Assembly (NCBI GenBank): GCA_011525945.1
Contig: WYBJ01000316.1
Coordinates: 2,563-66,562 of the forward strand
Direction: 5' to 3'
Origin: Burkholderiaceae bacterium
Lineage (GTDB): Bacteria; Pseudomonadota; Gammaproteobacteria; Burkholderiales; WYBJ01
Length of the DNA stretch: 64,000 nt
The notes under the pieces are model-generated. The model was not told the DNA's origin. It was given only the letters and a program-made list of their open reading frames with translations, and ran no database searches. This document shows positions 7,798 to 18,845 of this stretch, piece by piece. Numbering within the stretch: the first letter of the stretch is position 1; each line of letters starts with the position of its first letter. The position numbers were made by a program, and so were the translations under genes.

Positions 7798-10398
7798 CTA
7801 CTCGATCTGCAGCGCTTGCAGCAGCTCGCTTTCCAGACGCACGCTGGTACGTGCATCCTTGAGCGCCGCGCCGGTAATGAGGAACGTGTCCTCCACGCGC
7901 TCGCCCAGGGTATTGATCTTGGCCGAATGCAGGTTGAGATCGTAGCGCACCAGCACCAGTGCGATGCGATAGAGCAGCCCGGGCCGGTCGCTTGAAATCA
8001 CGCTCAACACCGTGTAGGTTCCGCGCTCGTCGGGTTGCAGTTCGATTTCCGGGCTGATCGGAAAGTGGCGCACCCGACGGCTTAACCGGCCGCTCGCGGG
8101 CGGGTCCAGCGGCGCGCGCTGTTCCAGGCGTTGTGCCAGCTCGTGCTCGACGTAGCTCATCACGTCGCGGTAGCTCGTTGCGTCGCGCTCGTTCGGATCG
8201 AGGATGATGAAGCTGTCCAGCGCGTAGCCGTGGCGCGTCGTGTGGATCTTCGCCTCGGCGATGCTGAAGCCCGCGCGGCTGAAGAAGTGGCAGATACGCG
8301 CGAACAGCTCCTCCTGGTCGGGTGTGTAAATCAGCACCTGCAGGCCTTCGCCGTTCGGCGCCAGGCGTGCCTTGACGATCGGGACGGCGCTCTCCACGCG
8401 GTAGTTGAGCAAACGCGTGTGCCAGGCGATTTCCTGCGCTTCGTGACGCAGGAAGTACGACGTGTCGAGCTGCGCCCAGAGTTTTTCATGTGCGTCGTCG
8501 GGAATCGTATCCAGCCGCAGGCGCGACAAAGCCTCGGCTTGGCGCATTTCCACGCTCGATTGTCGCGACACGTGCTCACCCGCCAGCACCCGCCGCGTGG
8601 CCCAGAACAAGTCCTCCAGCAACTTGGCTTTCCAGCCGTTCCAGACCTTGGGGCTGGTGCCGCGGATGTCGGCCACGGTGAGCAGGTAGAGCGATACGAG
8701 ATGCCGGTCGTCACCGACCAGACAGGCGAATGCGCGCACCGTCGCGGGATCGTCGATGTCCTGCTTCTGGGCCGTTGCCGACATGCGCAGGTGATGACGC
8801 ACCAGCCAGGCGACCAGTTCGATATCTTCGGCGCAAAGGCCGTGGGCACGGCAAAAGCGCCGGGCGTCGGCTTCTCCGAGTACCGAATGATCGCCACCGC
8901 GACCTTTGGCAATATCGTGGAATAGGCCTGCGAGGTACAGCACCTCGGGGCGTTCGAGATCGCTGATGAGACGGCTGCAAAGCGGGTACTCGTGCGCGAG
9001 CTCGGGCACCGTGAAGCGCCTCAGATTGCGCACGACCTTGAAAATGTGCTCGTCGACCGTGTAGACGTGATAGAGGTCATGTTGCATCTGACCGACGACG
9101 CGGCCGAATGCCGGAATGTAGCGGCCGAGAATACCGTACTCGTTCATCCGCCGAAGCTCACGGATGAGCCGGGGATTACGCAGGATGGCCATGAAGCGGG
9201 CGCGATTGAGCGCATTGCTGCGAAACGCCGCGTCGATGCGACGGCGAGCCCGCCACAGTGCGCGCAGCGTACTTGCCCGCATTCCTTTAAGCTCGTGATG
9301 CTCCTGCAATAGCGCGAAGCATTCGAGAATCGCTGTCGGTTCGCGCTCGAACAACTCCTCGGTCGCCGACTCCAGCAGCTCGTTGCGCACGCGGAAGCGC
9401 TCGTTCAGCACCCGTGGTGCTTCGGTGCGCTGCGGGAAGATGCGTGCAGCCACGTTCTGATGCACGATGGTGTTGAGCTGACGCACGGCGTTGGCGGTGC
9501 GGTAGATCGTTTGCATGAGCTGCTCGCTTGCACGCCGGACCGTGCGGTCTTCCAGACCCAGCTCGCGCGCGAGCTGGGTCTGGTAGTCGAACAGCAACCT
9601 GTCCTCGCGCCGACCCGCCAGGTAGTGCAGACGGATGCGGATGTCGCTCAAGCAGCGCTCGAGGTGTTCCAGTTGACGAGCCTCGGCCGAAATTACCAGG
9701 CCGCTTGCAATCAACGCTCGCCAGGAGTTGCCGAGCTTGGCTGCGCGCGCGATCCATAGGAGGTGATGCAGATCGCGCAGGCCGCCGGGAAACTCCTTCA
9801 GATTCGGCTCGAGATTGGTGTCGACAAAACGTTCGTGCCGCTGGCGTTGCTCGAGCTGCTTCGCTTTGCAGAACATCTGCGGGTCGAGTGCGGCCTGGAA
9901 CTCGAGCCCGAAGCGACGAAAAAGTTGCCGGTCGCCGCAAAGCCAGCGTGCCTCAAGCAGGCTGGTCTGCACGGTGATGTCCTGCGCCGACAGTTCGACG
10001 CATTGCTGCGGTGTACGTACGCTGTGGCCGACTTCGAGTCCGATGTCCCAGAGCGTGCCGATCAGGCGTCCGATGCGCGGATCGTGCGCCGATGATTGGT
10101 CGGAATCGACCAGGATCAGCAGGTCGATGTCCGAGCATGGGAACAGCGTCCCGCGACCAAAACCACCGACGGCGACCAGAGCGCTGCCTGCGGGGTGTGA
10201 CAGCCCCCGCCATGCCTGTATCAGGACGCGGTCGACCAGACGGCGGTGCGCGATGAGCATGGGCCGAGGCGCGGCGCGGCGGCTATACGCCGCACGCAAT
10301 TGTTCTCTGCCTTGCTTGAGTCTGCGCCGCAGCAGCCCGACCTCGCCCTCGGCGCCGGTAGCGACGACGTCATCGTCGAGCGCCGGCGTTTCGGTCAT
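7798..10398 (-). CDS. glnD: Bifunctional [protein-PII] uridylyltransferase/uridylyl-removing enzyme
   Basis: 866 aa with a nucleotidyltransferase N-terminus (GGFGRGTLFPCSDIDLLIL), an HD domain (LFHDIAKG) and two C-terminal ACT domains. There is a 4-nt overlap with the upstream map gene. Confidence 0.95.
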   Translation of the reverse strand: MTETPALDDDVVATGAEGEVGLLRRRLKQGREQLRAAYSRRAAPRPMLIAHRRLVDRVLIQAWRGLSHPAGSALVAVGGFGRGTLFPCSDIDLLILVDSDQSSAHDPRIGRLIGTLWDIGLEVGHSVRTPQQCVELSAQDITVQTSLLEARWLCGDRQLFRRFGLEFQAALDPQMFCKAKQLEQRQRHERFVDTNLEPNLKEFPGGLRDLHHLLWIARAAKLGNSWRALIASGLVISAEARQLEHLERCLSDIRIRLHYLAGRREDRLLFDYQTQLARELGLEDRTVRRASEQLMQTIYRTANAVRQLNTIVHQNVAARIFPQRTEAPRVLNERFRVRNELLESATEELFEREPTAILECFALLQEHHELKGMRASTLRALWRARRRIDAAFRSNALNRARFMAILRNPRLIRELRRMNEYGILGRYIPAFGRVVGQMQHDLYHVYTVDEHIFKVVRNLRRFTVPELAHEYPLCSRLISDLERPEVLYLAGLFHDIAKGRGGDHSVLGEADARRFCRAHGLCAEDIELVAWLVRHHLRMSATAQKQDIDDPATVRAFACLVGDDRHLVSLYLLTVADIRGTSPKVWNGWKAKLLEDLFWATRRVLAGEHVSRQSSVEMRQAEALSRLRLDTIPDDAHEKLWAQLDTSYFLRHEAQEIAWHTRLLNYRVESAVPIVKARLAPNGEGLQVLIYTPDQEELFARICHFFSRAGFSIAEAKIHTTRHGYALDSFIILDPNERDATSYRDVMSYVEHELAQRLEQRAPLDPPASGRLSRRVRHFPISPEIELQPDERGTYTVLSVISSDRPGLLYRIALVLVRYDLNLHSAKINTLGERVEDTFLITGAALKDARTSVRLESELLQALQIE

Positions 10399-11207
10399 CG
10401 TTCACTCGCTGTCGTGGAATCGGGCGCAGGCGGAGTTCCCGCCGATACCGTCAGCACCTCGTATCCCGCCGCGGTGACCAGTACCGTATGCTCCCACTGC
10501 GCCGACAGGCTGTGATCCTTCGTAACCACGGTCCATCCGTCGGCGAGCTGGCGCACGTCCGGTCGGCCGGCGTTGATCATCGGTTCGATGGTGAAGATCA
10601 TGCCGGGCTCGAGTCGCATTCCACTATGCGGCCGACCATAGTGCAGGATCTGAGGCTCTTCATGAAAGCGCCGGCCAATGCCGTGGCCACAGAATTCGCG
10701 CACGACCGAAAACCCCGCGTGCTCGGCATGGGTCTGGATGGCATGCCCGATGTCGCCGAGGGTGCCGCCGGGCCGTACCGCGCGGATGCCAAGCCACATG
10801 CATTCGTACGTGACCTCGCATAGCCGGCGCGCCTGAATGGGCGGTTCGCCGACGTAGTACATGCGACTCGAATCACCGTGATAGTCATCGGCGATGACGG
10901 TTACGTCGACATTGATCACGTCGCCAGTCCTGAGCTTCCTATCGCCCGGCACGCCATGGCAGACGACGTGATTGACCGAAGTGCAGACCGATTTCGGAAA
11001 CGGTTTGTAACCGGGGGGGGCGTAGTTGAGGGGGGCCGGGATCGTGCGCTGAGTCTCGGTCATATACTCGTGGCAGAGCCGATCGATTTCGTTGGTCGTG
11101 ATACCTGGCCGGATATACGGCCCGATGTAGTCGAGAACCTCGGCAGTGAGTCGACCGGCGAGGCGCATCTTCTCGATCTCGGCGGGGCTTTTGATACTTA
11201 CGGCCAT
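10395..11207 (-). CDS. map: Type I methionyl aminopeptidase
   Basis: 270 aa with IKSPAEIEKMRLAG..., VCHGVP, DVTV..DGYHGDSS, FCGHGIG and FTIEPM metal-ligand motifs. Confidence 0.95.
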   Translation of the reverse strand: MAVSIKSPAEIEKMRLAGRLTAEVLDYIGPYIRPGITTNEIDRLCHEYMTETQRTIPAPLNYAPPGYKPFPKSVCTSVNHVVCHGVPGDRKLRTGDVINVDVTVIADDYHGDSSRMYYVGEPPIQARRLCEVTYECMWLGIRAVRPGGTLGDIGHAIQTHAEHAGFSVVREFCGHGIGRRFHEEPQILHYGRPHSGMRLEPGMIFTIEPMINAGRPDVRQLADGWTVVTKDHSLSAQWEHTVLVTAAGYEVLTVSAGTPPAPDSTTASER

Positions 11208-11313
11208 GATGGGTGTTGGGAAACAAAAAACTATAGACCAAGCGCCGCGAATGGTGCAATGCCGGCGGACATCGACGTCGGGCCCGCAAGCGCGTGTTTT
11301 CCTGTTCCGGGCA

Positions 11314-11342
11314 ATGGCACACTGAGCGCAAGCTGCTATACT
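11314..11342 (+). promoter_or_regulatory. Candidate sigma70-type promoter for rpsB-tsf
   Basis: atggca (11314-11319), a 17-nt spacer, then tatact (11337-11342), about 130 nt upstream of the rpsB ATG in the map/rpsB divergent region. This is a hexamer match only. Confidence 0.25.
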
Positions 11343-11472
11343 GCCAGGTTAATTCGTCCGCCTCTGCACTTATGTCGCATGCGGGCGGAAATCGGACTTC
11401 CGGCCGCATTGGGGTGCCCGCGTGCGGGTTCTTGTGCCGGGGGTGACTGCCAACCCTGATTTGGAGCAACGA

Positions 11473-12222
11473 ATGTCCGTCACGATGCGTGAAATGCTCG
11501 AGGCCGGTGTGCACTTCGGCCATCAGACGCGGTTCTGGAACCCGAAGATGGCGCCGTTCATCTTTGGCAGCCGCAACAAGATCCATATCGTCAATCTGGA
11601 AAAAACCTTGGTGATGTACAACGAGGCCCTGACCTATGTGCGTCAGTTGTCGGCCCGTCGCGGCACCGTCTTGTTCGTCGGCACGAAGCGGCAGGCGCGC
11701 GACACTATGCGCGAGGAGGCGATTCGCTGCGCCGCGCCCTATGTCGATCACCGCTGGCTAGGCGGCATGCTCACGAACTACAAGACCGTGCGCCAGTCGA
11801 TCAAGCGCCTCAAGGATATGGAGGCGATGGTCGAGGACAAGTCGACCGACAAGTTGTCGAAAAAAGAAGGTCTGCAGTTCCAGCGTGACATGGCGAAGCT
11901 CGAACGAAGCCTCGGCGGGATCAAGGACATGTCGTCACTGCCCGATGCGATGTTCGTGATCGACGTGGGCTATCACAAGATCGCCATTCAGGAAGCCGCC
12001 AAGCTGAGTATACCGGTCATTGCCGTGGTCGACACCAACCATACGCCTGACCGTGTCCAGTACGTCATTCCAGGCAACGACGACTCGAGCCGCGCGATTC
12101 GACTGTATGCCCGTGGGGTGGCGGACGCGGTTATCGAGGGTCGCAGCATGGTAAGCCGCGAGCCGGTCGGGGACGAATTCGTTGAAGTCGAGGCCGAGGA
12201 AGAAGCGGGTGAGGATCGTTAA
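11473..12222 (+). CDS. rpsB: 30S ribosomal protein S2
   Basis: [27 protein letters not shown]-terminus with GGAG 7 nt upstream of ATG 11473. The track ORF begins earlier, at 11422. Confidence 0.97.
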   Translation: MSVTMREMLEAGVHFGHQTRFWNPKMAPFIFGSRNKIHIVNLEKTLVMYNEALTYVRQLSARRGTVLFVGTKRQARDTMREEAIRCAAPYVDHRWLGGMLTNYKTVRQSIKRLKDMEAMVEDKSTDKLSKKEGLQFQRDMAKLERSLGGIKDMSSLPDAMFVIDVGYHKIAIQEAAKLSIPVIAVVDTNHTPDRVQYVIPGNDDSSRAIRLYARGVADAVIEGRSMVSREPVGDEFVEVEAEEEAGEDR

Positions 12223-12389
12223 TCGGCCTTCGGCAAATGCTTGATAGCCCGCGTCGTACCGGCGCAATCGACCCGGCGCACAGGCGCGCGCAGAGCGGCA
12301 GGCGACCTTTCGGGTGCTTGCCGATCGTTCAATAGGACACGCGGTCGGCCACAGCGGTCGGCGCGAGTTTCATGCGAATCGGAGTGGAC

Positions 12390-13271
12390 ATGGCAGAGAT
12401 CAGCGCATCGATGGTGAAGGAACTGCGCGAGGCGACCGGCCTCGGCATGATGGAGTGTAAGAAGGCGCTGACCGAGGCAGGCGGGGATTTCAAGAAGGCC
12501 GAAGAGATCCTGCGCATCAGGAGCGGCGCGAAAGCCTCCAAGGTGGCCGGACGCGTTGCCGCTGAGGGCGCTATCGCGGCGCACGTGAGCGCCAGCGGGC
12601 GCGAGGGCGCCCTGGCGGAGGTCAACTGCGAGACGGATTTCGTCGCCAAGGACGCTGCATTCATGCAATTTGCCCGCGTGGTGGCGCAGGCCGCGGCCGA
12701 GCAGGGCATCGCCGACACCGAGAAGCTCAGCCAGCAGCCGTTACCAGGCGGCGAGACGGTGGAAGCCGCACGCCGGGCGCTCGTCTCAAAGCTGGGCGAG
12801 AATATGAATGTGCGCCGCCTTGTTGCCGTGAAGGCGCAAGGCAGGCTCGCATCGTACCTGCACGGCACGCGTATCGGCGTGCTGGTCGACTACAGCGGCG
12901 GCGACGATGTCCTGGGCAAGGACCTGGCCATGCATATTGCCGCGTCCAGGCCCGTTGCGCGCACGCGCGAGGACGTACCCGCGGAGTTGCTCGAGCGCGA
13001 GCGGACGATTGCGCGCGCACGCGCGATCGAATCGGGTCGCCCGGAGAATCTGCTCGACAAGATCGTCGACGGTGCGGTAAGCAAGTACCTTGCGGAGGTG
13101 ACCTTGCTGGGCCAGCCGTTTGTGAAGGATGACAAGCAGACGATAGAGAGGCTGCTGAAGAACAAAGGGGCGACAGTGCACGCGTTTTACATGTTCGTCC
13201 TCGGCGAGGGCATCGAGAAGAAGAAGTCGGATTTCGTCGCGGAGGTCATGGCTGCAGCGGGCCACGCGTGA
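12390..13271 (+). CDS. tsf: Translation elongation factor Ts
   Basis: [30 protein letters not shown]-like N-terminus with GGAG upstream of ATG 12390. Confidence 0.97.
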   Translation: MAEISASMVKELREATGLGMMECKKALTEAGGDFKKAEEILRIRSGAKASKVAGRVAAEGAIAAHVSASGREGALAEVNCETDFVAKDAAFMQFARVVAQAAAEQGIADTEKLSQQPLPGGETVEAARRALVSKLGENMNVRRLVAVKAQGRLASYLHGTRIGVLVDYSGGDDVLGKDLAMHIAASRPVARTREDVPAELLERERTIARARAIESGRPENLLDKIVDGAVSKYLAEVTLLGQPFVKDDKQTIERLLKNKGATVHAFYMFVLGEGIEKKKSDFVAEVMAAAGHA

Positions 13272-14071
13272 ACTCAGATATCTCGCTCGTGCAGGCACGC
13301 GGTGCCGATGCGCCGGCAGCTCCGGCGGGGCGACCGGCGGCGTTTCGTCGCGTTCTGGTGAAGCTCTCGGGCGAAGCCCTCATGGGTGGTGACTCTTATG
13401 GCATCAACCGCGGCGTAATCGAGCGCGTCGTGGATGAGATCGCAGGGGTCGTCCGCCTCGGCGTGGAAACGGCAGTCGTGATCGGCGGCGGCAACATATT
13501 TCGCGGTGTCGCGCCGGGTGCCGCGGGAATGGACCGGGCAACGGCTGATTACATGGGCATGCTGGCCACGGTGATGAACGCACTGGCGCTACAGGATGCG
13601 ATGCACCGCGTGGGTCTCGTAAGCCGTGTGCAGTCGGCGCTGAACATCGAGCAGGTGGTCGAGCCTTACATCCGCGGCAAGGCGATGCGCTACCTCGAAG
13701 AGGGCAAAGTCGTGATCTTCGCCGCCGGCACCGGCAATCCGTTCTTCACAACCGACACCGCGGCGGCATTGCGCGGCATGGAGATGAACGTCGACATCGT
13801 GCTCAAGGCCACCAAGGTGGACGGCGTGTATACCGACGATCCGAAAACGCATCCGGAGGCGATGCGCTACAAGCGGCTCACCTTCGATGAGGCAATCCAG
13901 CGCGACCTGCGCGTCATGGATGCTACAGCGCTCACGTTGTGCCGGGATCAGAAGCTGCCGATCAACGTGTTCAGCATTTTCAAGGCGGGCGCATTGCGCC
14001 GCGTGATCACCGGCGAAGATGAGGGAACCCTGGTCACTTGGAATTCGGAGGTGCGTGATGAACGTCGCTGA
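13268..14071 (+). CDS. pyrH: UMP kinase
   Basis: [11 protein letters not shown]...GGGNIFRG...[11 protein letters not shown]...[19 protein letters not shown]. The GTG start overlaps the tsf stop. The exact start is uncertain. Confidence 0.93.
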   Translation: MNSDISLVQARGADAPAAPAGRPAAFRRVLVKLSGEALMGGDSYGINRGVIERVVDEIAGVVRLGVETAVVIGGGNIFRGVAPGAAGMDRATADYMGMLATVMNALALQDAMHRVGLVSRVQSALNIEQVVEPYIRGKAMRYLEEGKVVIFAAGTGNPFFTTDTAAALRGMEMNVDIVLKATKVDGVYTDDPKTHPEAMRYKRLTFDEAIQRDLRVMDATALTLCRDQKLPINVFSIFKAGALRRVITGEDEGTLVTWNSEVRDERR

Positions 14072-14618
14072 CGTGCGCAAGTCCGCAGAGCAGAGAATGC
14101 ACAGGAGCATCGATGCGCTGAAGGCCGACCTCGGCAAAGTACGCACGGGTCGCGCTCATACGGGGCTGCTCGATCACATCGTAGTCGATTACTACGGTAC
14201 CCCGACGCCGATACCGCAGATCGGAAGTGTGAGTCTGCTTGATGCGCGCACGCTGGCAGTTACGCCGTGGGAGAAGAAGTTGTTGCCGGCGGTGGAGCGG
14301 GCGATACGAGACTCCGATCTGGGGCTCAATCCGGCTTCCGACGGCGAGCGGGTGCGCGTTCCCATGCCCCCCCTGACCGAGGAGCGGCGGCGTGATCTGA
14401 TCAAGGTCGTGCGGCACGAAGCGGAGAATGCCAGGGTGGCCGTGCGCAATATTCGACGCGACGCAAATACGCATCTGAAGGACATGCTCAAGAAGAAGGA
14501 AGTTCCGGAGGATCAGGAGCGCAAGGCGCAGGACGACGTGCAAAGGCTGACCGACCGCTTCGTTGCGGAGATCGACAAAATCCTGCAGCAGAAAGAAGCG
14601 GATTTGCTTGCCGTCTAG
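14058..14618 (+). CDS. frr: Ribosome recycling factor
   Basis: [34 protein letters not shown]...[12 protein letters not shown] 14058 overlaps the end of pyrH. Confidence 0.95.
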   Translation: MNVADVRKSAEQRMHRSIDALKADLGKVRTGRAHTGLLDHIVVDYYGTPTPIPQIGSVSLLDARTLAVTPWEKKLLPAVERAIRDSDLGLNPASDGERVRVPMPPLTEERRRDLIKVVRHEAENARVAVRNIRRDANTHLKDMLKKKEVPEDQERKAQDDVQRLTDRFVAEIDKILQQKEADLLAV

Positions 14619-14644
14619 GCGACTCCCAGGGAGGGCCGTTCGTT

Positions 14645-15427
14645 TTGTTCAAGAGCACGACGCTTTCGATACCCGAGGTTGGCCCAGTGCCTCGGCATAT
14701 CGCCATCATCATGGACGGCAACGGGCGCTGGGCACGCAATCGACACTTACCCCGGGTAGCGGGGCATCGCAAGGGCGCGGACGCAGTGCGCTCTACGGTG
14801 CGTGGCTGCGCCGAACGCGGAGTTGAGTTCCTGACGGTGTTCGCCTTCTCCAGCGAGAACTGGCGCCGACCCGCCGAGGAGGTTTCGTTCCTCATGGACC
14901 TGTTCGTGACCGCGCTCGAGCAGGAAGTGGCGAAGTTGCATGAGAATGGCATCCGCTTCCGCGTGATCGGCGAACTGAGCCGATTTGAACCCCGTATTCA
15001 GGCGCTGATCCGCGAAGCCGAGGCGCTGACTGCGGCCAACACTCGCCTCACTCTGACCGTAGCCGCCAACTACGGAGGTCGCTGGGATTTGATGCAGGCG
15101 GTCGAGCGAATGCTGGCAACTCGTCCTGAGCTTGCTCGCGGATTCAGCGAGCATGATCTAGGTGCACACCTGGCCATGAACTATGCACCGGAACCGGATC
15201 TGTTCATTCGCACCGGCGGGGAGCAGCGCATCAGCAATTTTCTGCTCTGGCAACTTGCGTATACGGAGCTCTATTTCACCGACACGCTGTGGCCGGATTT
15301 CGATGCGGCGGCGTTGGAGCGCGCGATTCAGTCATACCGCCAGCGTGAGCGGCGTTTCGGCCGCACCAGCGAGCAGTTGATTGACGAGGTGGCGCCCCGG
15401 CTGCCTCGGCTAGCGGGCAAAGGATGA
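14645..15427 (+). CDS. uppS: Ditrans,polycis-undecaprenyl-diphosphate synthase
   Basis: [26 protein letters not shown] and [23 protein letters not shown] motifs. Confidence 0.95.
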   Translation: MFKSTTLSIPEVGPVPRHIAIIMDGNGRWARNRHLPRVAGHRKGADAVRSTVRGCAERGVEFLTVFAFSSENWRRPAEEVSFLMDLFVTALEQEVAKLHENGIRFRVIGELSRFEPRIQALIREAEALTAANTRLTLTVAANYGGRWDLMQAVERMLATRPELARGFSEHDLGAHLAMNYAPEPDLFIRTGGEQRISNFLLWQLAYTELYFTDTLWPDFDAAALERAIQSYRQRERRFGRTSEQLIDEVAPRLPRLAGKG

Positions 15428-16236
15428 ACGTCGTACCGTCCTCCGTGCTCGTTCGCCGCATAATCACCGTAGCGATCATCCTTCCTCTCTTTCTCGTCGC
15501 ACTGTTCTGGTTGCCGCGCCCGCTTTGGGGTGCAACCATGCTGTTTGTGGTTGTGCTCGCGTGCATCGAGTGGGGCGCATTGACCGCGCTCGCGCCGCGT
15601 GCTCTGGTCGCGTTCACCTTGCTAGTTGCAAGTGCCTGCGTGGCAGTGGCATGGCTGCGAGCGGCCGGCGGCGCGCTGGTGCTCTGGGCCGCGATTGCGT
15701 TCTGGCTCGTCGTGGCTCCCCTTTGGCTGCGACGTACAATCCCGGCCAACTCGCTGGCACTTGCGCTGGCGGGGGCGATCGTGCTTGTGTCCGCCTGGTA
15801 TTCGCTGTACCTGCTGCAGGAAGCGGCAGGGCGGCTGCTTGCACTGCTGGGCGTGGTGTGGACAACCGACACCGCGGCCTACTTCGTAGGACGAAGTTTC
15901 GGCCGTCGCAAGCTCGCGCCCAGCATCAGTCCAGGCAAGACGTGGGAGGGTGTGTTTGGCGCGATTGCCGCAGTCGGCGTGTATTATGGATTGTTGTGGT
16001 GGCTATGGGCGCCCGCATTTCTTGCCGGGCATCGTGCGGCCGACCTCATCCTGGTAGCGGGGATGCTGGCACTGAGTATAGAGGGCGATTTGTTCGAATC
16101 CTGGGTCAAGCGGCGAGCAGGCGTCAAAGACAGCGGCAGGATGCTCCCCGGCCACGGCGGGGTGCTGGATCGAATCGACGGCCTGGTGGCGGCGTTGCCG
16201 CTTGCGGCGCTCGGCTCGGTCATCGCTTCGAACTGA
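15424..16236 (+). CDS. cdsA: Phosphatidate cytidylyltransferase
   Basis: Polytopic membrane protein with SPGKTWEG and D.F.S..KR...KDSG..LPGHGG.LDR signatures. ATGA overlap with uppS. Confidence 0.93.
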   Translation: MNVVPSSVLVRRIITVAIILPLFLVALFWLPRPLWGATMLFVVVLACIEWGALTALAPRALVAFTLLVASACVAVAWLRAAGGALVLWAAIAFWLVVAPLWLRRTIPANSLALALAGAIVLVSAWYSLYLLQEAAGRLLALLGVVWTTDTAAYFVGRSFGRRKLAPSISPGKTWEGVFGAIAAVGVYYGLLWWLWAPAFLAGHRAADLILVAGMLALSIEGDLFESWVKRRAGVKDSGRMLPGHGGVLDRIDGLVAALPLAALGSVIASN

Positions 16237-16249
16237 GCGGAAGCGCATC

Positions 16250-17470
16250 ATGCAGGCAATTACTCTACTCGGGTCGACCGGCAGTATCGGTACCCACGCG
16301 CTGGCGGTCATATCCCGGCATCCTCAGCGCTATCGCGTAGCCGCGTTGAGCGCGCACACGCGCACCGATACGCTCGTGCAGCAATGCTTGCAGTATGCGC
16401 CCTCCTACGCCGTGCTGTCCGATCCGACGGAAGCCGAGCGTGCGCGCCGGCGGTTGCGCGATGCCGGCTGCGAGTGCACCGTGCTGTGTGGTCAGGACGG
16501 CCTGCGTCAGGTGGCGACCTTACCCGAGGTCGATGTGGTCATTGCCGGTATCGTCGGCGCCGCCGGATTGCAATCGGGGCTGGCCGCAGTGCGGGCAGGC
16601 AAGCGCGTATTGCTCGCCAACAAGGAGGCGCTGGTAGTAGCAGGCGAGATTTTCATGGCCGCCGTTCGTCAGCACGGCGCCACGCTGCTGCCGCTCGACA
16701 GCGAGCACAATGCCATTCACCAGGCGTTACCGCGTGATTTCGCGGGCGACCTCGATGCGGTTGGTGTGCGTCGCATCGTGCTGACCGCATCCGGCGGTCC
16801 CTTCCGCTTGCTGCCGACCGAGGCGCTCGAGGCGGTGACGGCGGAGCAAGCGTGCGCGCACCCGAACTGGGTCATGGGGCGAAAGATCTCGGTCGACTCC
16901 GCGACCATGATGAACAAGGGCCTGGAGGTGATCGAAGCGCACTGGCTGTTCGGGGCGAAGGAAGCGCGGATCGGCGTGGTTGTGCATCCGCAGAGTATCG
17001 TGCACTCCATGGTCGAGTATCGGGATGGTTCGACCATTGCACAGCTCGGTCAGCCCGACATGTGCACCCCGATTGCCTACGCGCTTGCTCATCCCGAGCG
17101 CATCGATGCCGGCGTCGAGGCGGTCGACCTTACCCGGGTAGGACGTCTGGATTTTCACGCCCCCGATCCGGAGCGTTTCCCTTGCTTGCGGCTGGCGTAC
17201 GCGGCGCTGCGTGAAGGCGGTACTGCACCAGCAGTGCTGAACGCGGCCAACGAGGTCGCCGTCGAGCGTTTCCTTTCTGGCGAAATTCGCTTTCCGAGCA
17301 TCGCTCGTCTTACCGAGGATGTGCTCGGTCGGGTCGCGTCGAGCGACGTGACGAGCCTGGAGACGGTCCTCGCCGCTGACAGCCTGGCGCGCGAGCATGC
17401 GCAGCGCTGGTCCGTGCAGGCAGTCACGCGATCGGTAGGGCTACCCGCCTATTCATCCTCCTCCGCCTAG
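16250..17470 (+). CDS. dxr: 1-deoxy-D-xylulose 5-phosphate reductoisomerase
   Basis: [31 protein letters not shown] and [23 protein letters not shown]. The track ORF starts upstream, at 16202. Confidence 0.95.
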   Translation: MQAITLLGSTGSIGTHALAVISRHPQRYRVAALSAHTRTDTLVQQCLQYAPSYAVLSDPTEAERARRRLRDAGCECTVLCGQDGLRQVATLPEVDVVIAGIVGAAGLQSGLAAVRAGKRVLLANKEALVVAGEIFMAAVRQHGATLLPLDSEHNAIHQALPRDFAGDLDAVGVRRIVLTASGGPFRLLPTEALEAVTAEQACAHPNWVMGRKISVDSATMMNKGLEVIEAHWLFGAKEARIGVVVHPQSIVHSMVEYRDGSTIAQLGQPDMCTPIAYALAHPERIDAGVEAVDLTRVGRLDFHAPDPERFPCLRLAYAALREGGTAPAVLNAANEVAVERFLSGEIRFPSIARLTEDVLGRVASSDVTSLETVLAADSLAREHAQRWSVQAVTRSVGLPAYSSSSA

Positions 17471-17474
17471 GATC

Positions 17475-18839
17475 ATGACGCTGCTCACAACACTGGTTGC
17501 GTTCGTCATTGCGCTCGGTTCGCTCATCCTCTTTCACGAGTTGGGCCATTATCTGGTCGCGCGCGCTCTGAACGTCAAGGTGCTGCGATTCTCCATCGGT
17601 TTCGGGCGCCCCCTGGTCAGCCGCACTTACGGCATCGACCGGACGCAATGGGTGATCGCTGCGTTTCCGTTCGGAGGCTATGTCAAGATGGCGGATGAGC
17701 GCGAAGGGCAAGTTGCCTCGGAGGATCTGCCGCGCGCGTTCAATCGCCAATCGGTTTACCGGCGTTTCGCCATCGTCGCCGCCGGACCTATCGCCAACTT
17801 CCTGCTCGCGATCGCGATCTATTGGCTGCTGTACATGTCGGGCATGCCGGGGCTACGCCCGATCCTGGACGAACCTCCGCCCGGGACTGCGGCGCACGCG
17901 GCGGGCTTCCACGAGGGCGACACGCTGCTCAAGGTCGGGGGCGAGCCGGTTGCCACTTGGCAGGATGCGCGCTGGGAATTGCTGCGCCACGCGGTGAATC
18001 AGGCGACGGTGAAAGTCGAAACGAGGGACCACAAGGGCTACATCGAAGTGCACACGCTCGACTTGTCGAGTCTCAGCAGCGAGGATCTCGACAGTGATTT
18101 TCTGCGTGCTGCCGGTCTGCTCCGATTTAACCCGCCTCTTGCGCCGGTGCTGGGCAAGGTGGTCGAGGGTGCGCCTGCGTACAAGGCGGGGCTGCGCGAG
18201 GGAGACCGCGTGCTCGCGATCGACGGCGTCGCGGTGAACCGCTGGCAAAGTGTGGTCGCCGCGGTGCGCGATCGCCCCAGCGCCACCCTCGTGCTCGACG
18301 TGGAACGCGGCGGTACGCGCTTGCAGGTGAAGGTCACCACCGAAGCGGTGGACGAAGGCGGCCGCACGATTGGCCGTATGGGCGCAGCGCCGAAAGTGGA
18401 TCCGCAATCGATGCGCGCCGCGCTCACTGAGGTCCGTTACGGGGTGGGCGAGAGCCTCGTGCGTGCGATCAGCAAGACGTGGGAGACGTCGCTATTCAGC
18501 CTGCGCATGCTTGGCAAGATGGTAACGGGACACATCTCTTTGAAGAATCTGTCGGGTCCGCTGACGATCGCCGATTACGCCGGTCAATCCGCACAGGTTG
18601 GTTGGATCGCCTACCTGAGCTTCGTTGCATTGATCAGCATCAGCCTGGGCGTGCTCAATCTGCTGCCTGTGCCGTTATTGGATGGCGGACATTTGATGTA
18701 TTATACGATCGAAATTCTAAAGGGCAGGCCGGTCTCCGAGCGTGCCATGCAGATCGGTCAGCATGTCGGCATGGCAGTGCTCTTCAGCTTGATGCTTCTT
18801 GCCCTCTTCAACGACGTGAACCGGCTCATCAGCAACTGA
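17475..18839 (+). CDS. rseP: Site-2 (RIP) zinc metalloprotease RseP
   Basis: HELGHYLVAR zinc motif, two PDZ-like regions, and a C-terminal NLLPVPLLDGGH motif. Confidence 0.93.
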   Translation: MTLLTTLVAFVIALGSLILFHELGHYLVARALNVKVLRFSIGFGRPLVSRTYGIDRTQWVIAAFPFGGYVKMADEREGQVASEDLPRAFNRQSVYRRFAIVAAGPIANFLLAIAIYWLLYMSGMPGLRPILDEPPPGTAAHAAGFHEGDTLLKVGGEPVATWQDARWELLRHAVNQATVKVETRDHKGYIEVHTLDLSSLSSEDLDSDFLRAAGLLRFNPPLAPVLGKVVEGAPAYKAGLREGDRVLAIDGVAVNRWQSVVAAVRDRPSATLVLDVERGGTRLQVKVTTEAVDEGGRTIGRMGAAPKVDPQSMRAALTEVRYGVGESLVRAISKTWETSLFSLRMLGKMVTGHISLKNLSGPLTIADYAGQSAQVGWIAYLSFVALISISLGVLNLLPVPLLDGGHLMYYTIEILKGRPVSERAMQIGQHVGMAVLFSLMLLALFNDVNRLISN

Positions 18840-18845
18840 ACCAGA

